Positions 20,516 to 33,026 of a stretch of 64,000 nucleotides of DNA are shown here, piece by piece. The position numbers were made by a program, and so were the translations under genes. The DNA is from an uncultured Acidobacteriota bacterium. GTDB lineage: Bacteria; Acidobacteriota; Vicinamibacteria; Marinacidobacterales; DATDRI01. Positions within the stretch are counted from its first letter, which is position 1. Every line of letters begins with the position of its first letter. The notes under the pieces are model-generated. The model saw only the letters and a list, made by a program, of their open reading frames with translations, was not told where the DNA came from and searched no databases. The DNA is taken from positions 252,960 to 316,959 of the forward strand of contig CAVONV010000035.1 in NCBI GenBank assembly GCA_963697355.1. The letters run 5' to 3'.

Positions 20516-21601
20516 CTATATGGAAGAGCTCCTTTGCTTTTTCCAGGCCCTCATCGTCAAAACCGCTAGTGTGATCACGGTCAGCGGTATGACGAAGGCC
20601 CACATGATGCTGCTGAAAATGGGGAGCGCATCATGATGAGATGCGCTCAGAACGAGATAACCCGTATAGGCGACGTAGTATAAGAGAAAGAGCGCCCCTT
20701 CCCAACGTGCGACCAGATGATCGGTAAACAAAATGGGCAGACAAGCTACGGACACCGCAATCATGACCGGTATGTCGAACGACAGCAGAGCCGGATTCAG
20801 CTCGATGCCGTTGGGTGCAACGAGAGAGGCCGTCCCGAGAACCATCAATAGGTTGAGAATACAGCTGCCAACGACATTCCCAATCGCGATGTCGCGCTCT
20901 CCTCTCATCGCCGCCATCAGTGACGTTGCGAGCTCCGGCAAGGAAGTACCACCAGCGACCACAGTGAGTCCAATCACGAGCTCGCTGACGCCCATCCAAC
21001 GAGCGAATGAGGTAGCAGAGTCCACCAACCAACCGGCGCCCAAGACAAGAAGCACCAGCCCCGCGAGGACCATCACCAATTGGACAACCACTCCAGCCCA
21101 CTTTTTGCCGACAGGTGCTCTGGCTCTTGGATTTTCTCGAGGCTCGTCTTCCTTCTTTTGGGTCAGAATCAGCACGACCGTATAGGTGATGAGTGCAAGA
21201 ACAAGGATGGTACCGTCCCAGCGACCCAAGCTTCCGTTCCAACTCAAGATGAGAACGAGGAACGAAACAGCAACCATGATGGGAACATCGAAGCGGACGA
21301 GCTGCCGGGAGACGACCAAAGGAGCAAGAAGCGCCGAGCTGCCCAGGATGAGCAATATGTTGGCGATGTTGCTCCCGACCACATTGCCGACCGACAAATC
21401 AGCCTGCCCTTTCAGCAACGACAGGAGACTGATGGAGAGCTCTGGGGCGCTGGTGCCGAACGCAACCACCGTCAACCCCACCACGAGGGAGCTGACTCCC
21501 AGAGAACGGGCCAATCCGGAAGCACCTCTTACGAGAACTTCTGCGCCGACGACGAGGGCCACGAGCCCCAGAAGGAACCACAAAAGTGCACTCGAGCTCA
21601 A
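20516..21601 (-). CDS. CaCA family Na+/Ca2+ (K+-dependent type) exchanger, YrbG-like
   Basis: Two alpha-repeat motifs, GNVVGSNIANILLILG and GNVVGSCILNLLMVLG. About 10 TM helices. Confidence 0.85.
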   Translation of the reverse strand: MSSSALLWFLLGLVALVVGAEVLVRGASGLARSLGVSSLVVGLTVVAFGTSAPELSISLLSLLKGQADLSVGNVVGSNIANILLILGSSALLAPLVVSRQLVRFDVPIMVAVSFLVLILSWNGSLGRWDGTILVLALITYTVVLILTQKKEDEPRENPRARAPVGKKWAGVVVQLVMVLAGLVLLVLGAGWLVDSATSFARWMGVSELVIGLTVVAGGTSLPELATSLMAAMRGERDIAIGNVVGSCILNLLMVLGTASLVAPNGIELNPALLSFDIPVMIAVSVACLPILFTDHLVARWEGALFLLYYVAYTGYLVLSASHHDALPIFSSIMWAFVIPLTVITLAVLTMRAWKKQRSSSI

Positions 21602-21759
21602 TTCACCACCTTCTTGCTCAAATCAATGTTCATCACAAAAAGGTCATTATCTCCTGCTGCAAGAACGCCGTCGAGAAAAGGGTCACCCCTCCGCCATGGC
21701 GGCATCTCTCAAGGCTCTTGACGTGGGTCACTTCGAGTAATAGCCTATGACACCCGATT

Positions 21760-22023
21760 ATGGGTAAGAAGGAGGAACCTACCATGAGCTTCCTTTATTT
21801 CGCAATTGTAGGCATCATCGCCGGCTGGCTCGCCGGCCAAATCATGAAAGGTCGCGGCTTCGGCCTCGTGGGCAACCTCGTCGTCGGTGTGCTGGGCGCC
21901 ATGCTCGGAGGCTGGCTATTTGGATTCCTGGGTCTTTCGGCCTACGGGCTCATTGGCTCGATTCTGATGGCCGTTTTCGGCGCCGTGGTCCTTTTATTCC
22001 TCATCGGACTCATCAAGAAATAA
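21760..22023 (+). CDS. GlsB/YeaQ/YmgE family (transglycosylase-associated) small membrane protein
   Basis: 87 aa. AIVGIIAGWLAGQIMKGRGFGLVGNLVVGVLGAMLGGWLF is the family signature. AAGGAGGA ribosome-binding site upstream. Confidence 0.85.
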   Translation: MGKKEEPTMSFLYFAIVGIIAGWLAGQIMKGRGFGLVGNLVVGVLGAMLGGWLFGFLGLSAYGLIGSILMAVFGAVVLLFLIGLIKK

Positions 22024-22047
22024 CCTTCTCGCTTCAAGTTGAACAGA

Positions 22048-22074
22048 CCAGCAGTCGAGCAGTCGAGCAATCAA
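22048..22074. repeat. 8-bp periodic array CAGCAGTC GAGCAGTC GAGCAATC (reverse complement of the GACTGCT family)
   Basis: Direct reading. The same spacer (22024-22225) also holds cccgccttcgct (reverse complement of AGCGAAGGCGGG) and GGCGGACTGCCT, both shared with other spacers. Confidence 0.7.
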
Positions 22075-22225
22075 GAGGGCGGGGTGTCGTTGCAGTCGGG
22101 CAGCCCGCCTTCGCTCCGCACGTCTGTGGACTAAGGGCGGAGCTACGGCAAGGCCGCGCAGAAGAGCGCAAAGAGGCGGACTGCCTACTGGCCTCTGCTC
22201 ACTGGCCTTGTACCTACTGGCCCTT

Positions 22226-25471
<3,246 letters not shown>

Positions 25472-25571
25472 CTATCGCATGGCGGCACCGCTGGATAGGA
25501 CGGCGTTCAATGAGCTTCTCACCAAATTGAAACACTTCGTAACGAAACACTTCGCTCCTTCTATTCAATTC

Positions 25572-25618
25572 AATGGATAGAACTCCAATAAATTGGATTT
25601 CGATCTAAAACATTGGAT
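25572..25618. promoter_or_regulatory. three direct repeats A(A/T)TGGAT phased at exactly 20 bp in an AT-rich divergent promoter region
   Basis: AATGGAT at 25572-25578, ATTGGAT at 25592-25598 and ATTGGAT at 25612-25618. The surrounding 25440-25820 is markedly AT-rich compared with the window. Confidence 0.4.
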
Positions 25619-25821
25619 CTTTCGTCACATAAAATGAGCTCAATGAGACGCTAGTTCCCGCTCGAACATATTTTTGTTGTGCATTTTCAAAATTTAAAAC
25701 ATATATATTCGGCCAAAACGACATTATTCCACATGTAAATTCTTGGCTCGTGATTTGCACTCACATCGCACTAAGAGCATGAGTTTTATCACTCATTAAC
25801 AAAGCTTCAAGGAGGGAACAC

Positions 25822-28677
25822 ATGAAGCGACTTTTTCTCGTATGGCTGGCCCTTCTCATCGGGTTGGCACCCTATGCCTACTCTCAAGTTGCAAAGGGTA
25901 ACATCTATGGCACCGTCACCGATGACTCGGGTGCCGTCTTACCCGGCGCGGTAGCCACTCTCACGGGCGACTTGGGCACCAACTCCACCGTCACCGACGG
26001 CACCGGCAAGTTCCGTTTCCTCAACATGGACCACGGAAACTATACGATCCGGGTCGAGCTGGCGGGCTTCGTGACCCAACAACGAGACTTCATCCTGTCG
26101 TCGGCGGTCAACGTGGACTTCAACTTCGCGATGTCGATTGCAGGCGTCGAGGAGACTATCACGGTCACCGCTGAGACCCCGGTCGTCGACATCAAAAAGA
26201 CCGGTACCGAACAGACCATTCAGAAAGACGAGCTCGAGAAAGTCCCGAGCTCTCGTGACCCTTGGGCCCTTCTCAGGACCGTCGCCGGCGTCCAAGTGGA
26301 CCGCGTGAACCTGGCCGGGTCTGAAAGCGGCCAGCAGTCGGGCTACCAAGGAAAAGGCGCCAACGCGGACAACAACACCTGGAGCATCGACGGCATCAAC
26401 ATCACCGACATGGCCGCCACGGGCGCCTCACCGACCTATTACACCTATGATACGTTCGATGAGGTCAACGTCACCACAGGTGGATCCGATATCACGGCAC
26501 CTACCGGTGGTGTCCACATGAGCTTCGTGACCAAGCGCGGCACCAACAACTACCATGGTTCTTTCGTGTTCAACTGGGTGGACGACGCGCTGCAGTCCGC
26601 GAACCTTCCGCCGGAGCTCGACGGAGACCCGCGACTCAAGGGTAGTGACAAGGCCGACCACACCGACAACATCACCGACTACAGCGTCGAGTTCGGCGGC
26701 CCCATCCTCAAGGACAAGCTGTGGTTCTATGGTCAATACGGTAAGAACGACATCCAGATCCTCACGCTTCCGCAGACCAGGGACCAAACGATCCTCAAGA
26801 ACTACACGGTCAAAGTGAACTTCCAAGCCACTCAAAAAGACACCATCTCCTATTTCTGGTTCCTGGGCGCCAAAGAAAAATACGGACGCTCGCCCGGAGG
26901 TTCCTTGGAGCAGACGGAAGAGCACCTCTGGGATCAAGGCGGGTACTACCCGAGACAACCTCACGGATTGACCAAGGTGGACTGGAACCGCGTCTGGAGT
27001 CCCAACTTCATCATGAACGCCAAGTACGCCTATTACAGCACCGGTTTCTCACTGGCGGGACGAGTCGATGAAGACGAAGTCCAGGACTATGTCCAGGGCA
27101 GGTATTTTGGAGCTCCGTACTCGGCGCTCTACGGCCGACCTCAGTCGACGTTCCGGGTCGACAACAGCTACTTCCTGGAGCAGGGCGAGGGCAGCCACGA
27201 GATCAAGTTCGGTGGCGGCTACAAGCTGGTCAACAACGAGTCCCAGGCCGTGACCGCCGGGAACAAGACCGTTGCCTATATCAACACGTCCGGCAACGAC
27301 GAGGCACGGTTCTACCGTGACTCCTACTCCGGCACCAAGGGCACTTACTTCAGCCTCTACGCGGGCGACACCTACACACGTGGCCGCATGAACCTGAACG
27401 TGGGCGTGCGCTACGACCGGCAAACCAGCGAGAACAAAGCGGCTGAGGTAGGCGGTAATCCGCTCATTCCAGAGCTCCTTCCCGGCTTGAGCTTTGCCGG
27501 CGGCGGTGTGGGCGTGAACTGGAACAACGTCTCTCCTCGGTTTGCGCTGACCTATGCGCTGGACGAGGAGTACAAGACGGTCCTGCGGGCCTCGTTTTCC
27601 GCTTACCACGGGCAGCTTTACGTAGGGGCGGCCGGCAATGACAATCCTCTCGGTGGACGGGCATACCTCCAATACCCTTGGGTGGATGCTAACGGAGACC
27701 GGAAGATCCAGCTGAATGAAGTCGATTTTTCCCAACTGAACACCTTCGGCGGCGTCGACCCCAACGACCCGGGAAGAATCGGGGAATCGGTGGACAAGAT
27801 CGATCCGGACTACTCCGCCGACAAGGACTACGAGTTCGTCCTCGGCATGGATCGCGAGATCGTGCAGGACCTGGGTGTCGGCGTGGCGTTTAGCTATCGG
27901 AACTCCAACAACTTCACCTGGTACCCGGACATCGGCGTCACCTCGGCGGACTATAGTCAGGGCACACCCTCCACCATCGATGGTTACACCGCAACACCCT
28001 GGGTCCTCAACGCTGGTGTTCTCGATCGGCCTGGGGTCACGGGCGGCGACATCGAGACCAACCGGGACGGCTACAGCCGCAAGTACTGGGGCCTCGAATT
28101 CACGATGAACAAGCGTCTCTCTAACAAGTGGATGAGCCGGATGAGCTTCGCGTACAACCAGCAGCATGAGCACTACGACGGCATGGCTGGTATCCAAAAT
28201 CCGTCCTTCTTCGATACCTCACCGACCGGTCAGGACGGGAGCCCCGTGATCCGTCTGGGTGGCGGCTCGGGCAAGAGCATCTACTTCACCTACGGCTGGA
28301 CGTTCAACATTTCGGGTCTCTACCAGCTCCCCTACGATTTCGACATCGCCGGTAACCTCTTCACCCGTCAAGGCTATCCGCTACCTTACTGGCAGCGTCT
28401 GAACCTTGGCGCGCTCGAGGGAACGACGGAAGTCGTCGCTGTCCCCAACGTCGAAGATGAGAGACTTCCCACGCTCGTGAACGTGGATCTCCGATTTGCC
28501 AAGAACTTCAACTTCGCAAGTGGTCGAGGTGCGACCCTCGCGTTCGAGGTGTTCAACCTCTTTAACGGCAACAAGAGTCTGGCCCGCTATATCAACTTGG
28601 GCTCGTCAGAGTTCTTCCGGCTGGACGAGATCCTGGCCCCGCGTATTGCTCGTATCGTAGCGAGAGTACGCTTCTAG
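25822..28677 (+). CDS. TonB-dependent outer-membrane receptor with N-terminal CarboxypepD_reg domain (Oar-like)
   Basis: Signal peptide. GNIYGTVTDDSGAVLPGAVATLTG carboxypeptidase-regulatory-like domain. Plug and beta-barrel regions. C-terminal aromatic residue (RF). AAGGAGGG ribosome-binding site upstream. Confidence 0.9.
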   Translation: MKRLFLVWLALLIGLAPYAYSQVAKGNIYGTVTDDSGAVLPGAVATLTGDLGTNSTVTDGTGKFRFLNMDHGNYTIRVELAGFVTQQRDFILSSAVNVDFNFAMSIAGVEETITVTAETPVVDIKKTGTEQTIQKDELEKVPSSRDPWALLRTVAGVQVDRVNLAGSESGQQSGYQGKGANADNNTWSIDGINITDMAATGASPTYYTYDTFDEVNVTTGGSDITAPTGGVHMSFVTKRGTNNYHGSFVFNWVDDALQSANLPPELDGDPRLKGSDKADHTDNITDYSVEFGGPILKDKLWFYGQYGKNDIQILTLPQTRDQTILKNYTVKVNFQATQKDTISYFWFLGAKEKYGRSPGGSLEQTEEHLWDQGGYYPRQPHGLTKVDWNRVWSPNFIMNAKYAYYSTGFSLAGRVDEDEVQDYVQGRYFGAPYSALYGRPQSTFRVDNSYFLEQGEGSHEIKFGGGYKLVNNESQAVTAGNKTVAYINTSGNDEARFYRDSYSGTKGTYFSLYAGDTYTRGRMNLNVGVRYDRQTSENKAAEVGGNPLIPELLPGLSFAGGGVGVNWNNVSPRFALTYALDEEYKTVLRASFSAYHGQLYVGAAGNDNPLGGRAYLQYPWVDANGDRKIQLNEVDFSQLNTFGGVDPNDPGRIGESVDKIDPDYSADKDYEFVLGMDREIVQDLGVGVAFSYRNSNNFTWYPDIGVTSADYSQGTPSTIDGYTATPWVLNAGVLDRPGVTGGDIETNRDGYSRKYWGLEFTMNKRLSNKWMSRMSFAYNQQHEHYDGMAGIQNPSFFDTSPTGQDGSPVIRLGGGSGKSIYFTYGWTFNISGLYQLPYDFDIAGNLFTRQGYPLPYWQRLNLGALEGTTEVVAVPNVEDERLPTLVNVDLRFAKNFNFASGRGATLAFEVFNLFNGNKSLARYINLGSSEFFRLDEILAPRIARIVARVRF

Positions 28678-28711
28678 GTCATCTAGTAGCTAAGAGGAGC
28701 TAAGCCTTCAA

Positions 28712-28745
28712 GCCCCGGGGACAACCTCCCCGGGGCTTTTCTTTG
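28712..28745 (+). terminator. rho-independent terminator
   Basis: GCCCCGGGGA-caacc-TCCCCGGGGC followed by TTTTCTTTG. Lies 35 nt after the TonB-receptor stop. Confidence 0.7.
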
Positions 28746-28988
28746 GGCAATAAAGAAGCCGCAAACGAACGCGAATGGAAAGACAAACGCCGCCAAGGTC
28801 ATTGCACGGGCGTTGAAATGCCACCCACCAGTGTTGGTATTCCCTAGTTGGGAAATCGACAAGGAATCGGCAGCCTAAACTATTCAATTGAAGAGACGGC
28901 GCGGTTTTTGACTGGAGGCGCCGCAGCTCAGTTCAGCCGGTTAGAAGGGCGAGCCGAGTGTGAGGACCGCCTGGAGATTCAATACCAA

Positions 28989-29252
28989 ATGGGCCATAAT
29001 ATCGGTGAGAGGAAGGCTATCGTGGCGACAATAAAGGATGAACTCGAAGTGGCAGCGTTGAAGTTACCACCTGCTGAACGGGCGAGACTGGTGCACCGGC
29101 TCCTCACGAGTTTGGAATCCTTGGAAGGGCGTGACGTCGAGGCCGACTGGATCGAGGAAGCCGAGCGTCGATACGCCAATTATAGAAAGGGCATTCTCGC
29201 TGGTAGATCTGCCGATTTGGTACTAAGAGAAGCCAAAGCACATCTCGAATGA
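28989..29252 (+). CDS. putative addiction-module antitoxin (TIGR02574-like)
   Basis: 87 aa from the internal Met. ...LPPAERARLVHRLLTSLES...EADWIEEAERRYANYRKG pattern. Its stop overlaps the toxin start (ATGA). Confidence 0.6.
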   Translation: MGHNIGERKAIVATIKDELEVAALKLPPAERARLVHRLLTSLESLEGRDVEADWIEEAERRYANYRKGILAGRSADLVLREAKAHLE

Positions 29253-29542
29253 AGAAACGCATATTCCTCCAACCGGCGGAGGAAGAGATGCTCGAGGCAG
29301 CTCGGTACTATGAAGAGCAAAGCCGCGGATTGGGCGTGGCTTTCCTTGAAGAGATCGAACACACTATCACATCTATTGTTACCCACCCTCAATCCGGCAA
29401 GAAACTATCGGACAACATACGGCGTCGCATTGCGCGGCGATTTCCATTCGGTGTTCTATATGCCATAGAACCAGATGCAATCGTTATTGTTGCGATCATG
29501 CATCTTCACAGGCGACCCGGATATTGGAAGGACCGAATATAG
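29249..29542 (+). CDS. RelE/ParE family type II toxin
   Basis: 97 aa. ...IRRRIARRFPFGVLYAIEPDAIVIVAIMHLHRRP is typical of the ParE/RelE fold. 4-nt overlap with the upstream antitoxin. Confidence 0.8.
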   Translation: MKKRIFLQPAEEEMLEAARYYEEQSRGLGVAFLEEIEHTITSIVTHPQSGKKLSDNIRRRIARRFPFGVLYAIEPDAIVIVAIMHLHRRPGYWKDRI

Positions 29543-29605
29543 CCTTCAACTTCTTGCGGCCACATGTCTCCTGCTGCTTTGCGTCTCCGCGCCTCGGCGT
29601 AGGCG

Positions 29606-29646
29606 GACTGCCTGACTGCTCGACTACTTTGACTGCTTGACTGCTA
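29606..29646. repeat. 8-bp periodic array GACTGCCT GACTGCTC GACTACTT TGACTGCT TGACTGCT
   Basis: Direct reading. Lies in the convergent spacer between the toxin and aminopeptidase genes. Preceded by GGCGGACTGCCT, which is also at 22188. Confidence 0.7.
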
Positions 29647-31083
29647 CCTCTCGAAAAACGCTTTCATCGCACGGTAGAGGTAATACACATCGATCTTGGA
29701 GCTCACCGAGTAGGGCGTGTGGACTGACAGAATGGGAATGCCGAAATCGATGACCTCCATGTTGTCATCCGACATCGTGACACCGATCGTACCGCCACCG
29801 GCCCTACCGACCTTATAGGTCGCCGTCTGCCAAGGGATCCCCTCCTCATCGAGCATCCGTCGAATCCAAGCGATGTACTCGGAGTTGGCGTTGAAGCCTC
29901 TGCCGTAAAGCTTGAGGTTGACGCCCTGCCCCAGCCGTGGGGCGTTTGTTGGTTCCCAGGCAGAAGGCCAAATAGGATGCAGCCCGGCGTTGACGTCAGA
30001 GGAGATGACCCGGGTGGCCCTCAAGGCCCGGCGGAGCCAGTGCTCGCTGAAATCATTCCCCATTTGCGCGTGCATCAGCCGCCCCATCAAGTCGACCAGA
30101 TAGGTCGAGCGGGCACCGGTGTTGTTGACGTTCCCCACCTCCTCGTTGTCTACCAGGTAAGCAATCGATGTGCGCTCAGGTGAGGCGCTCTCCAGGATGG
30201 CGCGAAGAGCGTCGTAGCCAGAGCCGCGATCATCTTGGCCATAGATGGCCATGAGTCCCTTGTCGAATCCCACGTCACGCGGCATGAAGGCGGGCACCAA
30301 AGCGAGCTCGGCCGAGACGAGATCATCGAGATCAACATCGTAAACATCTTTGAGATAGCTGGCGACGGCCTCCTTGACGCTTTTCTCGGCGCTCGCCGGG
30401 ATGTGGCCGGCTACCGGATCCAGCTCTTCCAGCTCGATCACTTCCCTAGCGGTTCGATTGCGTAGCTGGGCATCGACGTGCGGTGACAGGTCCGGGATCA
30501 CGAAGACCGGCTCACTTGCTTCGTTACCCACAGAGATCCACACCGTGGAACCGTCTTTCTTGTCGACACGACCCATGAGCGCCAGCGGAATATTGGTCCA
30601 TTGGTAGGTCTTGAGCCCACCGTGATAATTCGTCTGAAAGAGCGCGAATTCTTGAGACTCGTAGAGGGCTCTCGGTTTGAGCTCGAGACGGGGTGAGTCG
30701 ATGTGAGCACCGACGACTTGAAAACCCTGCCGCATGTCGTTGGTTCCGACGACGACGAGCGTCATGGCGCGATCACGGTTGACATCATAGTAACGTGAGC
30801 CGGGACTCAGTCTCGAGTCATCCTCGAGCTTCCGGAAGCCGGCTTCCTCGGCCAATTTGACCGCTTCCGAGACGAAGGACAGCTCCGTCTTGGCCTTATG
30901 CAGAAACGACTTGTATTCCGTGGCGAACTGCTCCACGGCTTGGCGCTCGCCGGGGTCGAGCTCCAACCAACCCGAACGTGCGGTGTCGTCGTTCGACTCT
31001 ACCGACCCAGGTCCCTCCTGCCGAGCCCCTATTGCCGTTGAGCAAATGAGAAGTGCCAGCGCAATCCACAGACTCGATTTCAT
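29644..31083 (-). CDS. M18 family aminopeptidase, with signal peptide
   Basis: Start moved to MKSSLWIALALLICSTA. GAHIDSPRLELKP (M18 H-x-D-S-P motif) and ...NYHGG. Confidence 0.8.
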   Translation of the reverse strand: MKSSLWIALALLICSTAIGARQEGPGSVESNDDTARSGWLELDPGERQAVEQFATEYKSFLHKAKTELSFVSEAVKLAEEAGFRKLEDDSRLSPGSRYYDVNRDRAMTLVVVGTNDMRQGFQVVGAHIDSPRLELKPRALYESQEFALFQTNYHGGLKTYQWTNIPLALMGRVDKKDGSTVWISVGNEASEPVFVIPDLSPHVDAQLRNRTAREVIELEELDPVAGHIPASAEKSVKEAVASYLKDVYDVDLDDLVSAELALVPAFMPRDVGFDKGLMAIYGQDDRGSGYDALRAILESASPERTSIAYLVDNEEVGNVNNTGARSTYLVDLMGRLMHAQMGNDFSEHWLRRALRATRVISSDVNAGLHPIWPSAWEPTNAPRLGQGVNLKLYGRGFNANSEYIAWIRRMLDEEGIPWQTATYKVGRAGGGTIGVTMSDDNMEVIDFGIPILSVHTPYSVSSKIDVYYLYRAMKAFFER

Positions 31084-31084
31084 G

Positions 31085-31262
31085 ATTAACCTCGATTCCT
31101 TTGTTCCTGAATTCTCGATTTCTTGATTTCCCGCCTCCCCGAAGCACCAGCGAAGGCGGTCTTGAGTTCTTGAGTTCCCGCCTCCGCCGCCAAATACCTT
31201 CATCCGCGGCTACGGCGAGGCCTCGCCGAAGCTTCAGCGAAGGCGGGCTTGAGTACTACCAA
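31085..31262. repeat. mosaic intergenic repeat block: GATTTCTTGATTTCC, CTTGAGTT x2, and a ~30-nt direct repeat CCGAAGC(A/T)(C/T)CAGCGAAGGCGG(T/G)CTTGAGT x2
   Basis: Direct reading of 31111-31170 and 31215-31250. Overlaps the annotated 5' extension of the aminopeptidase ORF, which I reject as coding. Confidence 0.7.
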
Positions 31263-31273
31263 TGATTGACGGA

Positions 31274-32455
31274 TCACATCAAGCTCGTCCCCCCAACAGG
31301 CCGACACACATAGAGTGACCCCGCTTGTCCGGACTGTTTCTTATAAGCCTGTTCTATGTCGAACGTGAAATTCTCGACATGATCGGCCCGGATGAGCGCC
31401 ACCCCGCATCCACCAAAGCCTGCTCCGGTCATACGAGCGCCGTAGCACGCAGGGTGCTCCCTGGCGAGTTCAGAGATGAGGTCGAGCTCTCGGCTCGAGA
31501 CTTCGTACAAATCACGAAGGCTCTCGTGAGACGCGTTCATGAGGCCACCGGCCCGCTCCAAATCCCCGCTTTGGAGCACCTCGGCCATCTCGGTGGTTCG
31601 TTCATTCTCTTCAACCACATGCCGAGCGCGTCGATACACCACCGGGTCCATTGGGTCCTTGCTTTCCGACAGTATCTCCAGAGTGACATCACGTAACGCT
31701 CGAATGGAAGGGTCGTTTTGCTGCAGGGCGTGCACAGCCGATTCACAGCTCGCGCGACGCTCGTTGTACTTCCCGTCGACCAACGCCCGACGCGTGCCGG
31801 TATCCATGACAACCACCAGAGCTTGGTCGGGGATGGGAACGAGCCGGTAGTCCAAACTGCGGCAATCGAGAAGCAGGGCCCCTCCCTCTTGTCCGGCGGC
31901 AACAGCCAACTGGTCCATGATCCCGCAAGGCATCCCCACCCAATCGTTTTCGGCCTTTTGGCCGACCAGAGCCATTTTCTTCGGCTCCCACGCGAGATCG
32001 ACAGATGCTGACACAGCCCGTGCCGTCGCAAGCTCCAACGCTGCCGAGGACGACAGTCCCGCTCCAATGGGAATCGTACCCGCCACGACCAGATCGAGCC
32101 CGACGACCGGATGGCCCTCCTGTTTCAAGACCCAGAAGACCCCGCTGATGTAGTCGTGCCATTCCGCACCTCCCGGCAAGCGGAGGCTCTCGAGCAACAC
32201 TTCCTGGGTTTCCCCGTAGTCGACGGAGTGGATCCGCAGTCGGTCGAGATCATTGGCAGCAAAGGCAAGGGCCACATAGCGATCAATGGCGAGGGGGAAG
32301 ACGAAACCGTCGTTGTAATCGGTGTGCTCGCCGATGAGATTCACCCGCCCCGGCGAAACGGCGAGACCGGGCTCGCCTCCAAAAGCGGCTTGAAAGCGAG
32401 CCTTCGTCTTCTGGATAAGAAGCGAAAGGTCAGTACTGGAGATCGGCAAGAGCAA
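31274..32455 (-). CDS. galK: galactokinase
   Basis: GRVNLIGEHTDYNDGFVFP galactokinase signature and GHMP kinase motif PIGAGLSSSAALE. Confidence 0.9.
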   Translation of the reverse strand: MLLPISSTDLSLLIQKTKARFQAAFGGEPGLAVSPGRVNLIGEHTDYNDGFVFPLAIDRYVALAFAANDLDRLRIHSVDYGETQEVLLESLRLPGGAEWHDYISGVFWVLKQEGHPVVGLDLVVAGTIPIGAGLSSSAALELATARAVSASVDLAWEPKKMALVGQKAENDWVGMPCGIMDQLAVAAGQEGGALLLDCRSLDYRLVPIPDQALVVVMDTGTRRALVDGKYNERRASCESAVHALQQNDPSIRALRDVTLEILSESKDPMDPVVYRRARHVVEENERTTEMAEVLQSGDLERAGGLMNASHESLRDLYEVSSRELDLISELAREHPACYGARMTGAGFGGCGVALIRADHVENFTFDIEQAYKKQSGQAGSLYVCRPVGGTSLM

Positions 32456-32474
32456 TCGCCACGTTGTTCGAAAC

Positions 32475-32918
32475 TCAACAGGACTTTGGACGCACCAAGA
32501 GCAATGGGCGATCGATCCGGTTCAAGACCCCGGAAGCGACACTGCCGTAAAAGGCTTGCGTCAGGCCGCTTCTCCCATGACTCCCCATCGCAATGAGGTC
32601 GGCGTCGATATGCTGCGCGGCCTCGATGATGGCGGACACCGCTCGGCCGTGGAGGACGACGACTTTGACCTTGATGCCTTCTTTTTCAAGTTTCTTCTTC
32701 TGTTCCTCGAGATAGGACTCCGCTTCCGACTGCTCTTTCTCCACGTATTCCTTTTCGGATTGCTGTCCGATCCTCGTCACCGACGGCGGCGCGTGGTCAA
32801 CGGCCGTCATCAGAACGAGGTCGGCCTCGAAGCCCTTCGCCATGGCTTCCACGTGGGGCAAAATCGCCTCGGCACACTTCGAACCGTCCAGCGGCACCAA
32901 AATCGTCTTGTACATCAA
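32475..32918 (-). CDS. universal stress protein (UspA family)
   Basis: 147 aa. ILVPLDGS...ADLVLMTAV...DADLIAMGSHGRSG are USP ATP-binding motifs. Confidence 0.85.
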   Translation of the reverse strand: MMYKTILVPLDGSKCAEAILPHVEAMAKGFEADLVLMTAVDHAPPSVTRIGQQSEKEYVEKEQSEAESYLEEQKKKLEKEGIKVKVVVLHGRAVSAIIEAAQHIDADLIAMGSHGRSGLTQAFYGSVASGVLNRIDRPLLLVRPKSC

Positions 32919-33026
32919 CGTCCTCCGTTAGCTGTCCGTTCCACCGCCGCCGACATGATAGTGCTTCGAGCACAAGTCATCAAATCTACACGAGTAACCG
33001 GCAGAACAACAACCCAAGAGACGTGC

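Noticed and set aside
20631-21740. ORFs 20631-21242 (-), 20733-21185 (+), 21080-21721 (+) and 21186-21740 (+) overlapping the CaCA exchanger gene
   Set aside because: These are alternative-frame or antisense ORFs inside a gene with unmistakable CaCA alpha-repeat motifs. Their Arg/Ser/Thr-rich low-complexity translations argue against them.
31084-31203. 5' extension of the aminopeptidase ORF (MKVFGGGGGNSRTQ...)
   Set aside because: It translates the intergenic repeat block. A proper signal peptide begins at the internal Met (31083).
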